From positions 1-64,000 of the IMG/VR virus record IMGVR_UViG_3300022751_000016: 64,000 nucleotides of DNA; one strand, 5' to 3'. Positions 1 through 10,081 of this stretch are shown here, piece after piece (position 1 is the first letter of the stretch; every line of letters starts with the position of its first letter). The translations under genes were made by a program, and so were the position numbers. Source of the DNA: a virus. Under the pieces are notes generated by a model. The model did no database searches, was not told where the DNA came from, and saw only the letters and a program-made list of their open reading frames with translations.

Positions 1-375
1 TGTGCGGCGATATTTTTCTAAAGATGTTACTATTAATCTGAATTCATCATCCACACTCGTAACCTCTTTAATGGAAGACCCTAATCTACTATAAATTAAT
101 TCAGGAAGTTTCTTTTTACTTTTCATTAAAGTCTTACATAGTCTGAAATCAATTATAGAACAGTTAACTGAATCTATTTTTTTTAACTCAAAACAAGTTA
201 TTAATGAAGTTAAATTAGTATCTGAATCTATAGTTCTATCCATTAATTTTTGTGCTATGAGGTTTTTAGATATCCCTCTTAACACATTTAAAACATATCT
301 CCTAGATATATGTCCATCTGCTGTTAAATTTCGCAAACTGTTTACTACTCTTGATACTATTTCTAAATTTTTCAT
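1..375 (-). CDS. crAss-like tail ring/tubular structural protein (3' end runs off the window)
   Basis: Open frame from ATG at 375 (MKNLEIVSRVVNSLRNLTADGHISRRYV...) to the window edge; promoter directly upstream; lies in the virion module. Confidence 0.55.
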   Translation of the reverse strand, partial: MKNLEIVSRVVNSLRNLTADGHISRRYVLNVLRGISKNLIAQKLMDRTIDSDTNLTSLITCFELKKIDSVNCSIIDFRLCKTLMKSKKKLPELIYSRLGSSIKEVTSVDDEFRLIVTSLEKYRRT

Positions 376-379
376 TTTA

Positions 380-430
380 CAAAAATACTTAATATTAACT
401 ATATTATAAAATTGGTTATTTTCTGTGTAA
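380..430 (-). promoter_or_regulatory. Bacteroidota-type promoter with upstream phage box
   Basis: TTACACAGAAAATAACCAATTTT-N20-TATTTTTG on the minus strand. Confidence 0.75.
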
Positions 431-432
431 TT

Positions 433-460
433 AAAAAGGGAACATTTCTGCTCCCTTCTT
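433..460 (-). terminator. Probable intrinsic terminator
   Basis: AAGGGA/TCCCTT stem followed by a T-run on the minus strand, just after the 495..1793 stop. Confidence 0.5.
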
Positions 461-494
461 CACCAAAAATAATAGGAAAAACCACTAAACCTAT

Positions 495-1793
495 TTATAA
501 ATCTATTATTAACTCAAAAGGACTACTAAGCATTCCATCATCTTCAACTAAATTTCCATTTGTAGACCTTGTTTTAAATTGTAATGCATTAGCATTTAAT
601 CTAATGATATAAATACTTTTATTTTCAACAGTGGGGGTAATTTTAAAGTTAGCGTTAACTGGGATTGTAAAACTAGTGTTCATATTATAAACTCCTGCGC
701 TTAATCTGGTAAAACTAGAAATTACCCCCCCTGTAGTATTTTTAGATGTTGCGAATGTTGGGTTACTTGAACTATTTTGTGTTATCAATCCTCTTAAAAT
801 CAGAGTATCTGCTGTGATAGAATTACTTACTATATAGGGAGAGGCTATTGTTCCAGAACCTGTTATAGTTGTTCCAGAACCTGCTGTAATCTTTGTTTCG
901 CTACCATCAGCTATTGTGTTAACCGACGATATAGTGAAATTTGGATATGTTCCTGAAATAGTAGTAGCTCCTCCTTGTGTAAGTGTTACCGTTTGGTCTG
1001 GCGCAGTGTTGTTGAATGTTGTCCCTACCAAGGACATTGCCGTTCCTGCTGAGTAAGTTGTGTTAACTGAGTTTATTGTATAAGGAGTTGCTGTTGTTCC
1101 ATTACCTGTAACACTTGTATTACTTCCTGCTGTTATCTTTGTTTCTCCTCCATCAGAGGATACTACATAGGGATTTAAAATAGTTCCCGTTCCTGTAACC
1201 ACTCCATTCAATCCTGCTATAATTTTAGTTTCGCTCCCATCGGGAATTATAGCTTCTGGCACACTTAGATTTATATCATCTACTCCTTGTGTTATTGTAA
1301 CTGAACCATCTGTAGATTTTATTTTTCTTAAGTTAAATTGAGTGTTGTCTCCTACAACTGTAGAATTTTTATACACCTCTGCTCCTGTTCCTGTATTTAA
1401 AGTAGAGTAAGTTTTTTGATTAGCTTCTATGAATGTATCTAAAGCTGTTTCGTTTACTAGAATTGTTACAGTGTCTGTCCCTTGTGTTATATTTATTAAT
1501 CCACTTCCAACTAAAGTTCTTAACTCTTTTTTGCCGAGATTTGATACACCTTTATATATTTGAGAACCTGTTCCGACATTAATTAAGTTGAAGAAGTTAG
1601 TTGTTGACTCAAACCTATCACATATGTAAGCATCAAGCTGTTTTAATACCTCGTTCAAACTCTGCCCTTTTGGAATATTAGAGCAAGGTAAATCCTCAGT
1701 AAAATTTTCTACACATTCTGACTTGATTAAGATAGGGCAAGCACAACTGACTGTCTTACAAGTTCCTTTACATTTATTTTTACAATTACACAT
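495..1793 (-). CDS. Fibre-like virion protein with Cys-rich N-terminus and DGSETKITAG repeats
   Basis: Thr/Gly/Ser-rich beta repeats, three DG(S/G)ETKI(T/I)AG...GTGT..PY units. Confidence 0.6.
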   Translation of the reverse strand: MCNCKNKCKGTCKTVSCACPILIKSECVENFTEDLPCSNIPKGQSLNEVLKQLDAYICDRFESTTNFFNLINVGTGSQIYKGVSNLGKKELRTLVGSGLINITQGTDTVTILVNETALDTFIEANQKTYSTLNTGTGAEVYKNSTVVGDNTQFNLRKIKSTDGSVTITQGVDDINLSVPEAIIPDGSETKIIAGLNGVVTGTGTILNPYVVSSDGGETKITAGSNTSVTGNGTTATPYTINSVNTTYSAGTAMSLVGTTFNNTAPDQTVTLTQGGATTISGTYPNFTISSVNTIADGSETKITAGSGTTITGSGTIASPYIVSNSITADTLILRGLITQNSSSNPTFATSKNTTGGVISSFTRLSAGVYNMNTSFTIPVNANFKITPTVENKSIYIIRLNANALQFKTRSTNGNLVEDDGMLSSPFELIIDL

Positions 1794-1802
1794 ATTTTAT
1801 TT

Positions 1803-3086
1803 TTAATTATATACTTCTATTCTTATAGAATTGTTAAATAGTTTATCATCTGAATCTGTAAATGGTACAGTACCGTTATCCTGAGTTTTTACAACAATTA
1901 TATCGTCACTATTTCTGAATATTGAATAACTGCCAGTTGGACTAGATGGTGTTATTGATAAATGAGTTTTATCTACGGGAAAAGCTCCTACTAATGTCCC
2001 CCAATACATGCCTGTAGTAATTCTAGTCCAAACAATATTTCCAATAGAATTTTCTAAAGTATTAACTATTGGATTATCTGTGTCTGTTTGATTTAAGGTT
2101 GCTGAATATACTGTATAAGGTCTTAGTTGGTCTGTTGTTGCTAAAGTGTAACTTCCTGCTAATTTTGTAGGGTTTAAGTTATACACAGCTATTCCTGTAG
2201 CTACCCTATCTGTCATTATAAACTCATTCACCGCTCCAGAACTATTGCCAAATATTGTTACAATTCCCCCTAAATTATTAATTCCCGCAGAAATATTTTG
2301 GTCTAACTGATTTATAACTAATCTAGTTGGAGTTGTTTGTAATACTTGTGTAGAGTCTCCAGACAATAAATTCATTACTTTATTAACAGAAGTATTATTT
2401 ACCCCTAATACACTATCTAGACCTTGAGTACTTCCCCCAACTACTATATCCCCTGTACCAACAATAGACTCACCATTAATTGTTTTGAAGTCAGAGGTTG
2501 TAGCTAAGGTATAATCCTCTCCTTCTTGTTTAGCTGGAAAAAATAAATTTGTATTGGCTATAGGGTCTTTTATTAGAACATTGGTAAGGTTACCACTGCT
2601 TATATCTAGTTTTTCAAAAACTAAACCTTGTGACACATTCAGTTTTATTGTGTGACTAAATTCTTCCGATACTACTGCCATAGCTAAAATAGGTTCTCCA
2701 TTATTATCCTTACTAGCTATTAATCCACCTTGAGATGTAGTTCCATCTATTATAGCCATCCCCCCTTTATCAATAACACCCTGTAAATCCTGAGAACCTC
2801 CTAAAGAATTAATCACGTAAGGTTGTTCTTCTGTACCTATTCCATTGATTTCAACATTTTCTCCTGCTTCTATTTTTGTTGCGGAAATTTCACTGATTTG
2901 TTGGTCTTTAAAGATAAGAGATGAAGTTATAGCTGCATTTATTTCAGTTTGGGTTGAGCCCGCACTTATGTCGAGATATGTAATAGCATTTGGAGTTTGG
3001 ATACAGTCTGTAGAAATATAATTATTTCCACATCCTTCTTCTACTTGCTCTATTGCTGTTCCTGTATAACAATTTTTTATATCCAT
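1803..3086 (-). CDS. Fibre-like virion protein
   Basis: N-terminal domain shared with 3086..4324; C-terminal domain resembles that of 495..1793. Confidence 0.6.
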   Translation of the reverse strand: MDIKNCYTGTAIEQVEEGCGNNYISTDCIQTPNAITYLDISAGSTQTEINAAITSSLIFKDQQISEISATKIEAGENVEINGIGTEEQPYVINSLGGSQDLQGVIDKGGMAIIDGTTSQGGLIASKDNNGEPILAMAVVSEEFSHTIKLNVSQGLVFEKLDISSGNLTNVLIKDPIANTNLFFPAKQEGEDYTLATTSDFKTINGESIVGTGDIVVGGSTQGLDSVLGVNNTSVNKVMNLLSGDSTQVLQTTPTRLVINQLDQNISAGINNLGGIVTIFGNSSGAVNEFIMTDRVATGIAVYNLNPTKLAGSYTLATTDQLRPYTVYSATLNQTDTDNPIVNTLENSIGNIVWTRITTGMYWGTLVGAFPVDKTHLSITPSSPTGSYSIFRNSDDIIVVKTQDNGTVPFTDSDDKLFNNSIRIEVYN

Positions 3087-4324
3087 TACGTAATTCTTAT
3101 TTTTACCGTTCCGTTTGTATGGTACATTTGTCCAATTAATATCCCTCCTGTAGCAGCATCTACATCATTATTATAATTTTTACTTATAGTTGGTAAATAT
3201 TCTTTTGTTATAATAGCTTTTCCAGTAGAATCCGAAGTAATTAGAGAATTTGTTTGTTTAGGTATCGTTGTTAACCCAGTATCTAGACTTCTAAAAACAA
3301 TTCCACCTACACCATCTGCTAAGATTACATTGTTAGAGAGGGCTGTATTTAATCCTATTACTCCTCCTATCACTGTATTTCCTGAACCTGTTGTGATTCC
3401 TGTATTTAGTCTAGTATTTGGTACTATTAATGTATTATTAGAACCTGTTGTGATTCCTGTATTAAATGCACTTTGTGTTCCTAATAAAATATTGCCTGTT
3501 CCAGTGCTTAAATTACCTCCCGCTTGAAATCCTAATGCGATGTTGCTACCACCTGTTGTATTTTGCTGCATTGCCGCAAAACCTAGTGCTGTATTTCTAC
3601 TAGCTGTTGTTGAAAAATAAGATGCGCCTGTTCCAATAACTGTATTATCAGTACCTGTCGTTGAAGAAGCTAATACAGATTCTCCTACGGCTACATTATT
3701 AGAACCTGTCGTGTTTTTATTCAGTGAATTTCCTCCAAACGCTGAATTACTAGAACCTGTTGTGTTAGATGCTAAAGATTCAGAACCAAAGGCTGAATTA
3801 TAACTTCCTATTGTATTTAACTTTAATACAAATTTTCCTAATCCTGAATTACTAGTTCCTGTGGTATTTACTTCAAGGGCAGAATCTCCTATAGCAGTAT
3901 TATCTGTAATATTGTTATTTCCTTTACCTACTCTAACATCATTAATTAATTTATCAACTCCTCCTAATTCTTGTAAAGGTGTATTATCAACTATACCTGA
4001 TATACTGGAAGATACAGGTAGAAGTATCGAATTAATAATATATGGTTCTTCTTCTGTACCGACTCCTGTAACTATTACATTTTCACCCGCATTGACAATT
4101 GTCTCACTTCCATTTGGTATGGGAATCTCTGAAATTTGCTGGTCTTTAAACATTAACGCTGTAACTATGGCAGAATTTATTTCAGTTTGGGTTGCTGCTG
4201 CGGGGAGTTCTAAATAACTTATTGCGTTTGGAGTTTGGATGCAATTAGTACTAATGTAACTGCCATCGCATTCATTAGGAATCTGAGCTATACTTGTACC
4301 TTTTGTGCAATTCTTTGAATTCAT
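3086..4324 (-). CDS. Fibre/adhesin-like protein with NTTG-x-N-x-A-x-G beta-helix repeats
   Basis: 14-aa repeats of the trimeric autotransporter/YadA-head type. Confidence 0.65.
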   Translation of the reverse strand: MNSKNCTKGTSIAQIPNECDGSYISTNCIQTPNAISYLELPAAATQTEINSAIVTALMFKDQQISEIPIPNGSETIVNAGENVIVTGVGTEEEPYIINSILLPVSSSISGIVDNTPLQELGGVDKLINDVRVGKGNNNITDNTAIGDSALEVNTTGTSNSGLGKFVLKLNTIGSYNSAFGSESLASNTTGSSNSAFGGNSLNKNTTGSNNVAVGESVLASSTTGTDNTVIGTGASYFSTTASRNTALGFAAMQQNTTGGSNIALGFQAGGNLSTGTGNILLGTQSAFNTGITTGSNNTLIVPNTRLNTGITTGSGNTVIGGVIGLNTALSNNVILADGVGGIVFRSLDTGLTTIPKQTNSLITSDSTGKAIITKEYLPTISKNYNNDVDAATGGILIGQMYHTNGTVKIRIT

Positions 4325-4668
4325 TCTGGACAGTTTTGTTCTTGTAAATTTTCTACTTGTTCTTGAAGTGTCTCTATTAAGTCCGCTTGTTCACTTAGTG
4401 TGTTTTGCATTTCACAAATCTTATTGTACATTTGCTCTATTACTGAACTTACTGTTTTTGGTTCTGTAAATGTAATACAAGTGTTTTCTAAATTTTCTAA
4501 GTTTATTTCTTCTTTTATCCCGTCGATTATAGAATATAAATCTTCTATCACTTCTTCCACGTCCAAACAATCATCCTCTGATAACGAAGAGTGTTCCGAT
4601 AGAGTTCCCTCATATTTTGTACATTTAGAGAAAGTTATACTCCCGCAAGTTTGTTTTATTTTTTTCAT
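4321..4668 (-). CDS. Small Cys-containing coiled-coil virion/fibre-associated protein
   Basis: ATGA-coupled to the next gene; Cys pattern resembles the N-termini of neighbouring fibres. Confidence 0.45.
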   Translation of the reverse strand: MKKIKQTCGSITFSKCTKYEGTLSEHSSLSEDDCLDVEEVIEDLYSIIDGIKEEINLENLENTCITFTEPKTVSSVIEQMYNKICEMQNTLSEQADLIETLQEQVENLQEQNCPE

Positions 4669-4670
4669 AG

Positions 4671-7454
4671 TTATATTATTTCTACTGCTTGAGATATTCT
4701 TGTAATAGATAAAATCTCTAAAGTTAAGTTCGCATCTGTAAATGATGTTACTGCTTGTAAGATATATCCATTTGGACTAGGTATAGAAGCTCCATCTGCA
4801 ATTGTAATAGCATTTAGATTTAATGTCCCCGAAGTTCTACCAGAAGGTAGAGTAAAAGGCATTACATATTGAAATCCACTTATAGGATTACTTAATATAA
4901 CATCTAATGCTCCGTTTGAACCAGAAGCTTTATTACTATAACCTATTTGAACTCTCCATATATGTACTTGACCATTAATAGGGTTTTCAATTAATCTTCC
5001 TGTTGGCGAAGTTCCTCTTCCAGAAGCAAAAAATCCTCCATAATTATTAGGTGTATTTTTAGGATAAGTTGTAGTTGGAGAACTTACTACAGTTGGAGTG
5101 GCTGCATTAATATCTAAAGTTTTTATAGTATCGGCAACAAAATTAATTGTTGATAACCCTGTATAGTTTACTTTTACTTGACCTGCTTCATTTTTTTTAG
5201 AATCAACATACGCCTTATCTACTAAACTCCTGTTGGTATATGTTGCTGATAAATCACTTTGGTAATCTATCTTTATTCCACTCTCCCAACCTGTAGACGT
5301 AGTTTTTATTATATTTCCAGATGTCGCTCCACCGTTAGCTATTAAAGAATTGTCATTTAACTGTACTCTATTTGTATATACGTTCGACGCATTTAAATTT
5401 GGTAAATATAAATGACCTAAACCATTAAAATATGTACCTGTATCGCCTCCGCTGCCATTGTAAATTTGAAAAACTCTATCTGTATCAGATGCAGAACCCC
5501 TCTGTATTGTCACAGCTCCTAATGCTGTAGTTGTGGTTATTTTTGGAGGTGATGAATTATACGCACTTTGTAAGTTTACCGCACTAGATATTGAAGATTC
5601 TACAAAACTTTTAGTAGCAACTCCGTTAGGCGTTGTTGGAGTTGGTGCTTCGGGTGTTCCTGTTAATATTGGCGAAGTTGTTAAAGCAATATTAGGTTTT
5701 GCAATGTCGATTGCTGATGATGTAACTACAATAGATTGAACATTTGCAAGTGATAGTTTTTCTACTTTTCCTAAGTCTGCTCCTGAAACAGTGTTTCTAG
5801 TTAAAAATTCGTATGTCCCTAAACTTTCAGTTGGTGAAGTGCCCAGGGTAAATGTACTTGTGGCTCTTACTGTACCTACAACCTCTAGTGCGTATCCGTT
5901 GTTTACAAGGTCGCTACCAGTACCGTTAGGATTTATCTTAATATTTCCTAAATTTCCGAAAATTTGAAAAGGAGTTCTAGCTCCCTGTCTTAAAAATAAA
6001 GACGTGTTTGTGTTTGATTGAAGAGATACAGAGGCTAAGGAACTAAATGTGCCTGAGATGAATCCTGTATTAGAAGTTAAACTCCCCTGCTTTGTTTCCG
6101 AAACCATGTTATTATGAATAACACTAGAGTCATTTGATTTTAAATCTAATTGTGATTTCACAGCCTGAACTGTTGGGTAAAGAGTATTATTTACTGTTGT
6201 AAAATCAGTTGCTTTGTTGGTTATACTTTCTTTACTATTTAATTGGGTTTGTATAGAACTAGTTGCATCATTATACAATTTTTGTAAATCACTCTGGTAA
6301 TTTTTATCAGTTGTTTCTGTTACAAGTCCTGTATTATAGTCTCCGCTTTGTGCTGTTATGTTGCCTGTTCTTCCAAATACACTAGAAACAGAATCTGTGT
6401 TATCTACTTTATCCCATATAGTTCCGTTACTAATAATCCAATCTCCTGTTTCATAGTCTTTTCCAGAATATGTGTAATTAGATTCTGATATAAAATACCA
6501 GCCTTCATTAGTTATACTGGGTGTTGGTAAAGCTGTTCCTACTAAAGTAGAGTCAGGAGAAGAAGTAATAATTATTCCATTGTACAGTCCTTTCCATTTA
6601 ACATTACCTAATAATGCATCATTCATTTGTAATAAAGGGACTTTACCATTCCCATCTAAGCTAGCAACGCCATTAATTACGCCCTTATCAGTTGTATTTA
6701 TTTTACTGTCTAAATCCGATTGTAAGTTTATTATTTCTGAAATAGGGTGTGTATGCGCCGATGGTGGGAATTCTGAAGGTATATTAATTAAATCTGAATA
6801 TTCTCCTGTAGTTGCAACTGTAGATAAATCACTAGGTTGGACTGCTGAAGCTATTTCTGATTTTTCATTTGGTGATAGTAATCCTGCATTTAAAGCTCCT
6901 GCTAAAGGTATCACAGCATCTGTTCCTGTACTACTATTAACTGTTCCACTAGTTGTAGATGGTGTGTAACTTAAATCCGTCCCGTTTAAATCTCCAATTG
7001 TTAAATATCCAACATCGTTTGTCAATTCTGAAATATTAGCTCCTGATTGTAAAGCAGAATTTATCTGAGATTGAATTGCTGCCGATAATTGTATCTGAAG
7101 TTCTGTATTTGTAGAATTTACTTCCAAACTGTTATTAGGGCTTGTTACAGGATTTACTTGCAACTTTCCATCATTTAAAGATAGGTAAACTTGATTATTT
7201 AATTGGGAGCTTACAAATGTGGATATATCAACTTTTGGGTTGGTTGTTGTTCCTGTTACACCTGTTCCTGTTACTGATAATACACTTCCTGTTGTAGTAT
7301 TGTCTGCTATAGGAACTGGTATGCCATTAAGGTCTGTTACATACAATTTAAAACTCGTAGTATTAGGAGTTAGTACAAAATATACTGAGTTAGGTACTAG
7401 AGCTGTAGATAAGGAAGTTACTCCAAAAAATTGTATGTCTTTTAATTCTGCCAT
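4671..7454 (-). CDS. Large tail fibre protein
   Basis: 927 aa, Thr/Ser-rich; fibre motifs HTHPISEIINLQ, GVASLDGNGKVP, GDWIISNG..WDKVDN. Confidence 0.7.
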   Translation of the reverse strand: MAELKDIQFFGVTSLSTALVPNSVYFVLTPNTTSFKLYVTDLNGIPVPIADNTTTGSVLSVTGTGVTGTTTNPKVDISTFVSSQLNNQVYLSLNDGKLQVNPVTSPNNSLEVNSTNTELQIQLSAAIQSQINSALQSGANISELTNDVGYLTIGDLNGTDLSYTPSTTSGTVNSSTGTDAVIPLAGALNAGLLSPNEKSEIASAVQPSDLSTVATTGEYSDLINIPSEFPPSAHTHPISEIINLQSDLDSKINTTDKGVINGVASLDGNGKVPLLQMNDALLGNVKWKGLYNGIIITSSPDSTLVGTALPTPSITNEGWYFISESNYTYSGKDYETGDWIISNGTIWDKVDNTDSVSSVFGRTGNITAQSGDYNTGLVTETTDKNYQSDLQKLYNDATSSIQTQLNSKESITNKATDFTTVNNTLYPTVQAVKSQLDLKSNDSSVIHNNMVSETKQGSLTSNTGFISGTFSSLASVSLQSNTNTSLFLRQGARTPFQIFGNLGNIKINPNGTGSDLVNNGYALEVVGTVRATSTFTLGTSPTESLGTYEFLTRNTVSGADLGKVEKLSLANVQSIVVTSSAIDIAKPNIALTTSPILTGTPEAPTPTTPNGVATKSFVESSISSAVNLQSAYNSSPPKITTTTALGAVTIQRGSASDTDRVFQIYNGSGGDTGTYFNGLGHLYLPNLNASNVYTNRVQLNDNSLIANGGATSGNIIKTTSTGWESGIKIDYQSDLSATYTNRSLVDKAYVDSKKNEAGQVKVNYTGLSTINFVADTIKTLDINAATPTVVSSPTTTYPKNTPNNYGGFFASGRGTSPTGRLIENPINGQVHIWRVQIGYSNKASGSNGALDVILSNPISGFQYVMPFTLPSGRTSGTLNLNAITIADGASIPSPNGYILQAVTSFTDANLTLEILSITRISQAVEII

Positions 7455-7474
7455 TTATTTTTATTATTTTTCAA

Positions 7475-7831
7475 TTACCACTCCTTCAAATTCCAACCAC
7501 AATCGCTTATAACTTCACAACACTTATCTTCAAAATGTTCCTCTGCTATTTTCATAACTTCTGAAATAGTTTGTTTTGGTTTTCTTTTTATACCGCAAGA
7601 TTCTTCTAATTTACCCTCTATTTTATCTTGAATAAACTCTATCATTTCACAATCGTCTGTACATAGAAGTCTGTGCATTTTATAATAGAATGACATTTTA
7701 TCTTCATTTACACCTTCTCCAATTTTAAAGTGTTTATCAAAAAAATATGCATCAGACATTTGAAGTAAATTCTTTTCTGCTTTTTCTAAATAAACCTCTC
7801 TATTTAAATATAAAATATTTTGTGCACTCAT
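7475..7831 (-). CDS. Hypothetical virion-module protein
   Basis: Tightly packed co-oriented ORF. Confidence 0.5.
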   Translation of the reverse strand: MSAQNILYLNREVYLEKAEKNLLQMSDAYFFDKHFKIGEGVNEDKMSFYYKMHRLLCTDDCEMIEFIQDKIEGKLEESCGIKRKPKQTISEVMKIAEEHFEDKCCEVISDCGWNLKEW

Positions 7832-8374
7832 TTAGATACAATTTTTACACTCAGTATACTTATTTAATATTGACCTAACTTCTTGAAAATTCCTTTGCCC
7901 TTTATAAAAATTACCCAGTTTTGAGTGGGATTCTGCCGTTCTTAGTAAAAATTCTATATCGGACATATCTTTTCTGAATTGTTTGTCGTTTTTATCATAC
8001 TCCAGTCCAACCTTAGTGTAAATTTTATCTAATTCAAGTCTAATATTATCTGTCTTTAAATAATATCTCGTTTTTTCAATATCTTCATATCCAGATTTTA
8101 CTGTAAATTGCCATATTCCGTCAGGAAGTGGCTCAAAATTTTGTTCTTCACATACTGACAGACATGACATTGCAAGATTTACACTTTGAAATATATTAAG
8201 TTTGTGTTTTTGAAAAGTGTGAGATATAGGACTTGAGGCTCCTGGAGGTGTAATTTCAATTACAGATGGTAAATTCTCTGCACCTCTCCAATTAGAATTA
8301 TCGCCCACCCAAATATGAGTAGGCTCTCCTGTAGGAATTATTGAAAAATTTATTTTTATATTTCCTATTTCCAT
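7832..8374 (-). CDS. Putative tail hub/structural protein
   Basis: Beta-rich N-terminus with LPDGIW motif, helical Cys-ended C-terminus; lies ahead of the fibre genes. Confidence 0.45.
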   Translation of the reverse strand: MEIGNIKINFSIIPTGEPTHIWVGDNSNWRGAENLPSVIEITPPGASSPISHTFQKHKLNIFQSVNLAMSCLSVCEEQNFEPLPDGIWQFTVKSGYEDIEKTRYYLKTDNIRLELDKIYTKVGLEYDKNDKQFRKDMSDIEFLLRTAESHSKLGNFYKGQRNFQEVRSILNKYTECKNCI

Positions 8375-8379
8375 TATAA

Positions 8380-8670
8380 TTAAGCTTTTATAATTCCAGC
8401 TTCTTTTAATTTTGTGATAAGTTCATCTAATTTTGCTTCAATATTATCTAATCTAGTTTCTACAATTGGTATAGCTGAGATTAAGTATGTTCTAACTGCT
8501 GCTTCGTCTGCAAAAGATGCAGGAACTGCTGTTATAGGCGTAGTTGTGCCGAGTGCTAATACATCTTCAGATGGTACTAGAGTACCTGCGTTTAAATCAG
8601 TTAATATACTTTTAAGTTTTTTAAGCTCGTTATAAAAATTGTAATCTTCTATTTTTTCTTGTGTTGTCAT
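8380..8670 (-). CDS. Small fibre-like protein (head fibre/trimerisation type)
   Basis: C-terminal KLDELITKLKEAGII resembles head-fibre C-termini. Confidence 0.4.
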   Translation of the reverse strand: MTTQEKIEDYNFYNELKKLKSILTDLNAGTLVPSEDVLALGTTTPITAVPASFADEAAVRTYLISAIPIVETRLDNIEAKLDELITKLKEAGIIKA

Positions 8671-9290
8671 TTTTTAAATATTTTTTTATATTTTAGTAAT
8701 AGTTCTGCTCTGTGTTTATATCCGTTTGCATCACCAATTGTTTTTGTTAGCTTACCTATATTTATGAGGTCACTAATTGCATCTAAATTATCTCGGTCAG
8801 CATATTTATTTAAATCGTTTTTTTTCCAAAACCATAAACTTGCTAAGAGAGCACTTGCTTCATCTAATAATAAGTCTGGATTGTTTTCAAAATCTATTCC
8901 CGTATCTTTACTTAATTCTCTATAATTACCTCTGAAAGTTATTCCTATGTACCCTCCTGCCCTGTACTTCCAACCATCTCCTGAAACTTCACTGCCATTA
9001 CCTACTCTGTTTGAATACAAGAAGTTTGCAATTTTTTGAGGATTTCCTGTAATTTCTAATACTTTTTTCTTTTCTTCTGGTGATAACCACCCATCTTTAT
9101 TTCTATCAAATCTTGACTTAAACACTTCTATTAATCTTTTAGTTGAGTAATTCATATTTTCTCTAACTAATTTTAGATTGGATTCGTGTTCTAATTGTGT
9201 CCAAAAATGTTGTAATCTTAGTGGAGTATTTATACCATACTTTTTTAAAAGCGTCGGATATTTTTTAGTTAGTGTCTCTGCTGTTGTCAT
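8667..9290 (-). CDS. Endolysin, glycoside hydrolase family 19
   Basis: LRLQHFWTQLEHES, NRVGNG..SGDGWKYRAGGYIGIT.R.NY and PDLL motifs. Confidence 0.88.
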   Translation of the reverse strand: MTTAETLTKKYPTLLKKYGINTPLRLQHFWTQLEHESNLKLVRENMNYSTKRLIEVFKSRFDRNKDGWLSPEEKKKVLEITGNPQKIANFLYSNRVGNGSEVSGDGWKYRAGGYIGITFRGNYRELSKDTGIDFENNPDLLLDEASALLASLWFWKKNDLNKYADRDNLDAISDLINIGKLTKTIGDANGYKHRAELLLKYKKIFKK

Positions 9291-9538
9291 TCCTGTTCTT
9301 TTCTATATTCCACAATCTTATTCCAAATATTAGTACCACTCATAACTCCTGTAAGCATGATAAAACTGTTGAATACATTCTCCGCAACAGGATTAATTGT
9401 AATGTTTAAAAAGAAACTTAAAGCTGTTAAAGACACTCCTAATATTATTGACATTAAAAAGGAAACAAGAAAAGTTAGACTTTGTTTAGACCAAGTCCCA
9501 TCTTTGTTTTTTAATGTGTCATTTAAAATCTTGTTCAC
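9287..9538 (-). CDS. Holin-like membrane protein
   Basis: 83 aa with two hydrophobic segments, overlapping the endolysin start. Confidence 0.55.
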   Translation of the reverse strand: MNKILNDTLKNKDGTWSKQSLTFLVSFLMSIILGVSLTALSFFLNITINPVAENVFNSFIMLTGVMSGTNIWNKIVEYRKEQE

Positions 9539-9752
9539 TATTTCTATATTTTTTTATTTCTAAATCAATAGAGTCAGCACATTTATTAATTTTCTCTACT
9601 TTTGAGTATAGTGATGTCATCTCTATTAGTTCAGCTGTAGAATGTACTTTTATTCCTTCTATCTCCTTAATTTTTTGCGTACTCTGTATGTCAGAAAAAG
9701 TTAGCGTAGCAGCTAAAACAGAGAATATAGTTCCAGTTATTAAACTTTTCAT
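9519..9752 (-). CDS. Small exported/membrane-anchored protein
   Basis: N-terminal hydrophobic segment; in the lysis cassette. Confidence 0.45.
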   Translation of the reverse strand: MKSLITGTIFSVLAATLTFSDIQSTQKIKEIEGIKVHSTAELIEMTSLYSKVEKINKCADSIDLEIKKYRNSEQDFK

Positions 9753-10081
9753 TTATTAGTTTTTATAGTTCTAATTTCTTTGTATTGGGTGTTGTATCTT
9801 TCTTCCATTTTTTCAAATTTTTCTCGCCAATAATTATTACTTTCTTCCATAGCTCTAATACGTAACTCTTCACATTCTTTGTTCTGATTCCTAGAAATCT
9901 GCAATAGAGAGTCGTTTGTACGGTTGATATTATAAATTCTAGCATCCAATCTGGTATTTTCATTCTTTAATTCCCATCTACTATAACTTATAATTGACAT
10001 CAAAAGACTAAATAAAAATATTAGTAATTTTTTTTCGGTGAGTGTTGTTAGCCATTGTACGAAGTTTATCCATATTTGCAT
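9749..10081 (-). CDS. Membrane-anchored coiled-coil protein
   Basis: N-terminal TM followed by coiled coil. Confidence 0.5.
   Translation of the reverse strand: MQIWINFVQWLTTLTEKKLLIFLFSLLMSIISYSRWELKNENTRLDARIYNINRTNDSLLQISRNQNKECEELRIRAMEESNNYWREKFEKMEERYNTQYKEIRTIKTNK

Noticed and set aside
3380-3800. Repeated GAACCTGTTGTG-like DNA words
   Set aside because: They encode the NTTGS/ITTGS protein repeats of the fibre
3330-9759. Plus-strand ORFs opposite structural genes, and minus-strand ORFs beyond 30 kb
   Set aside because: Antisense shadows of real genes with no independent signals
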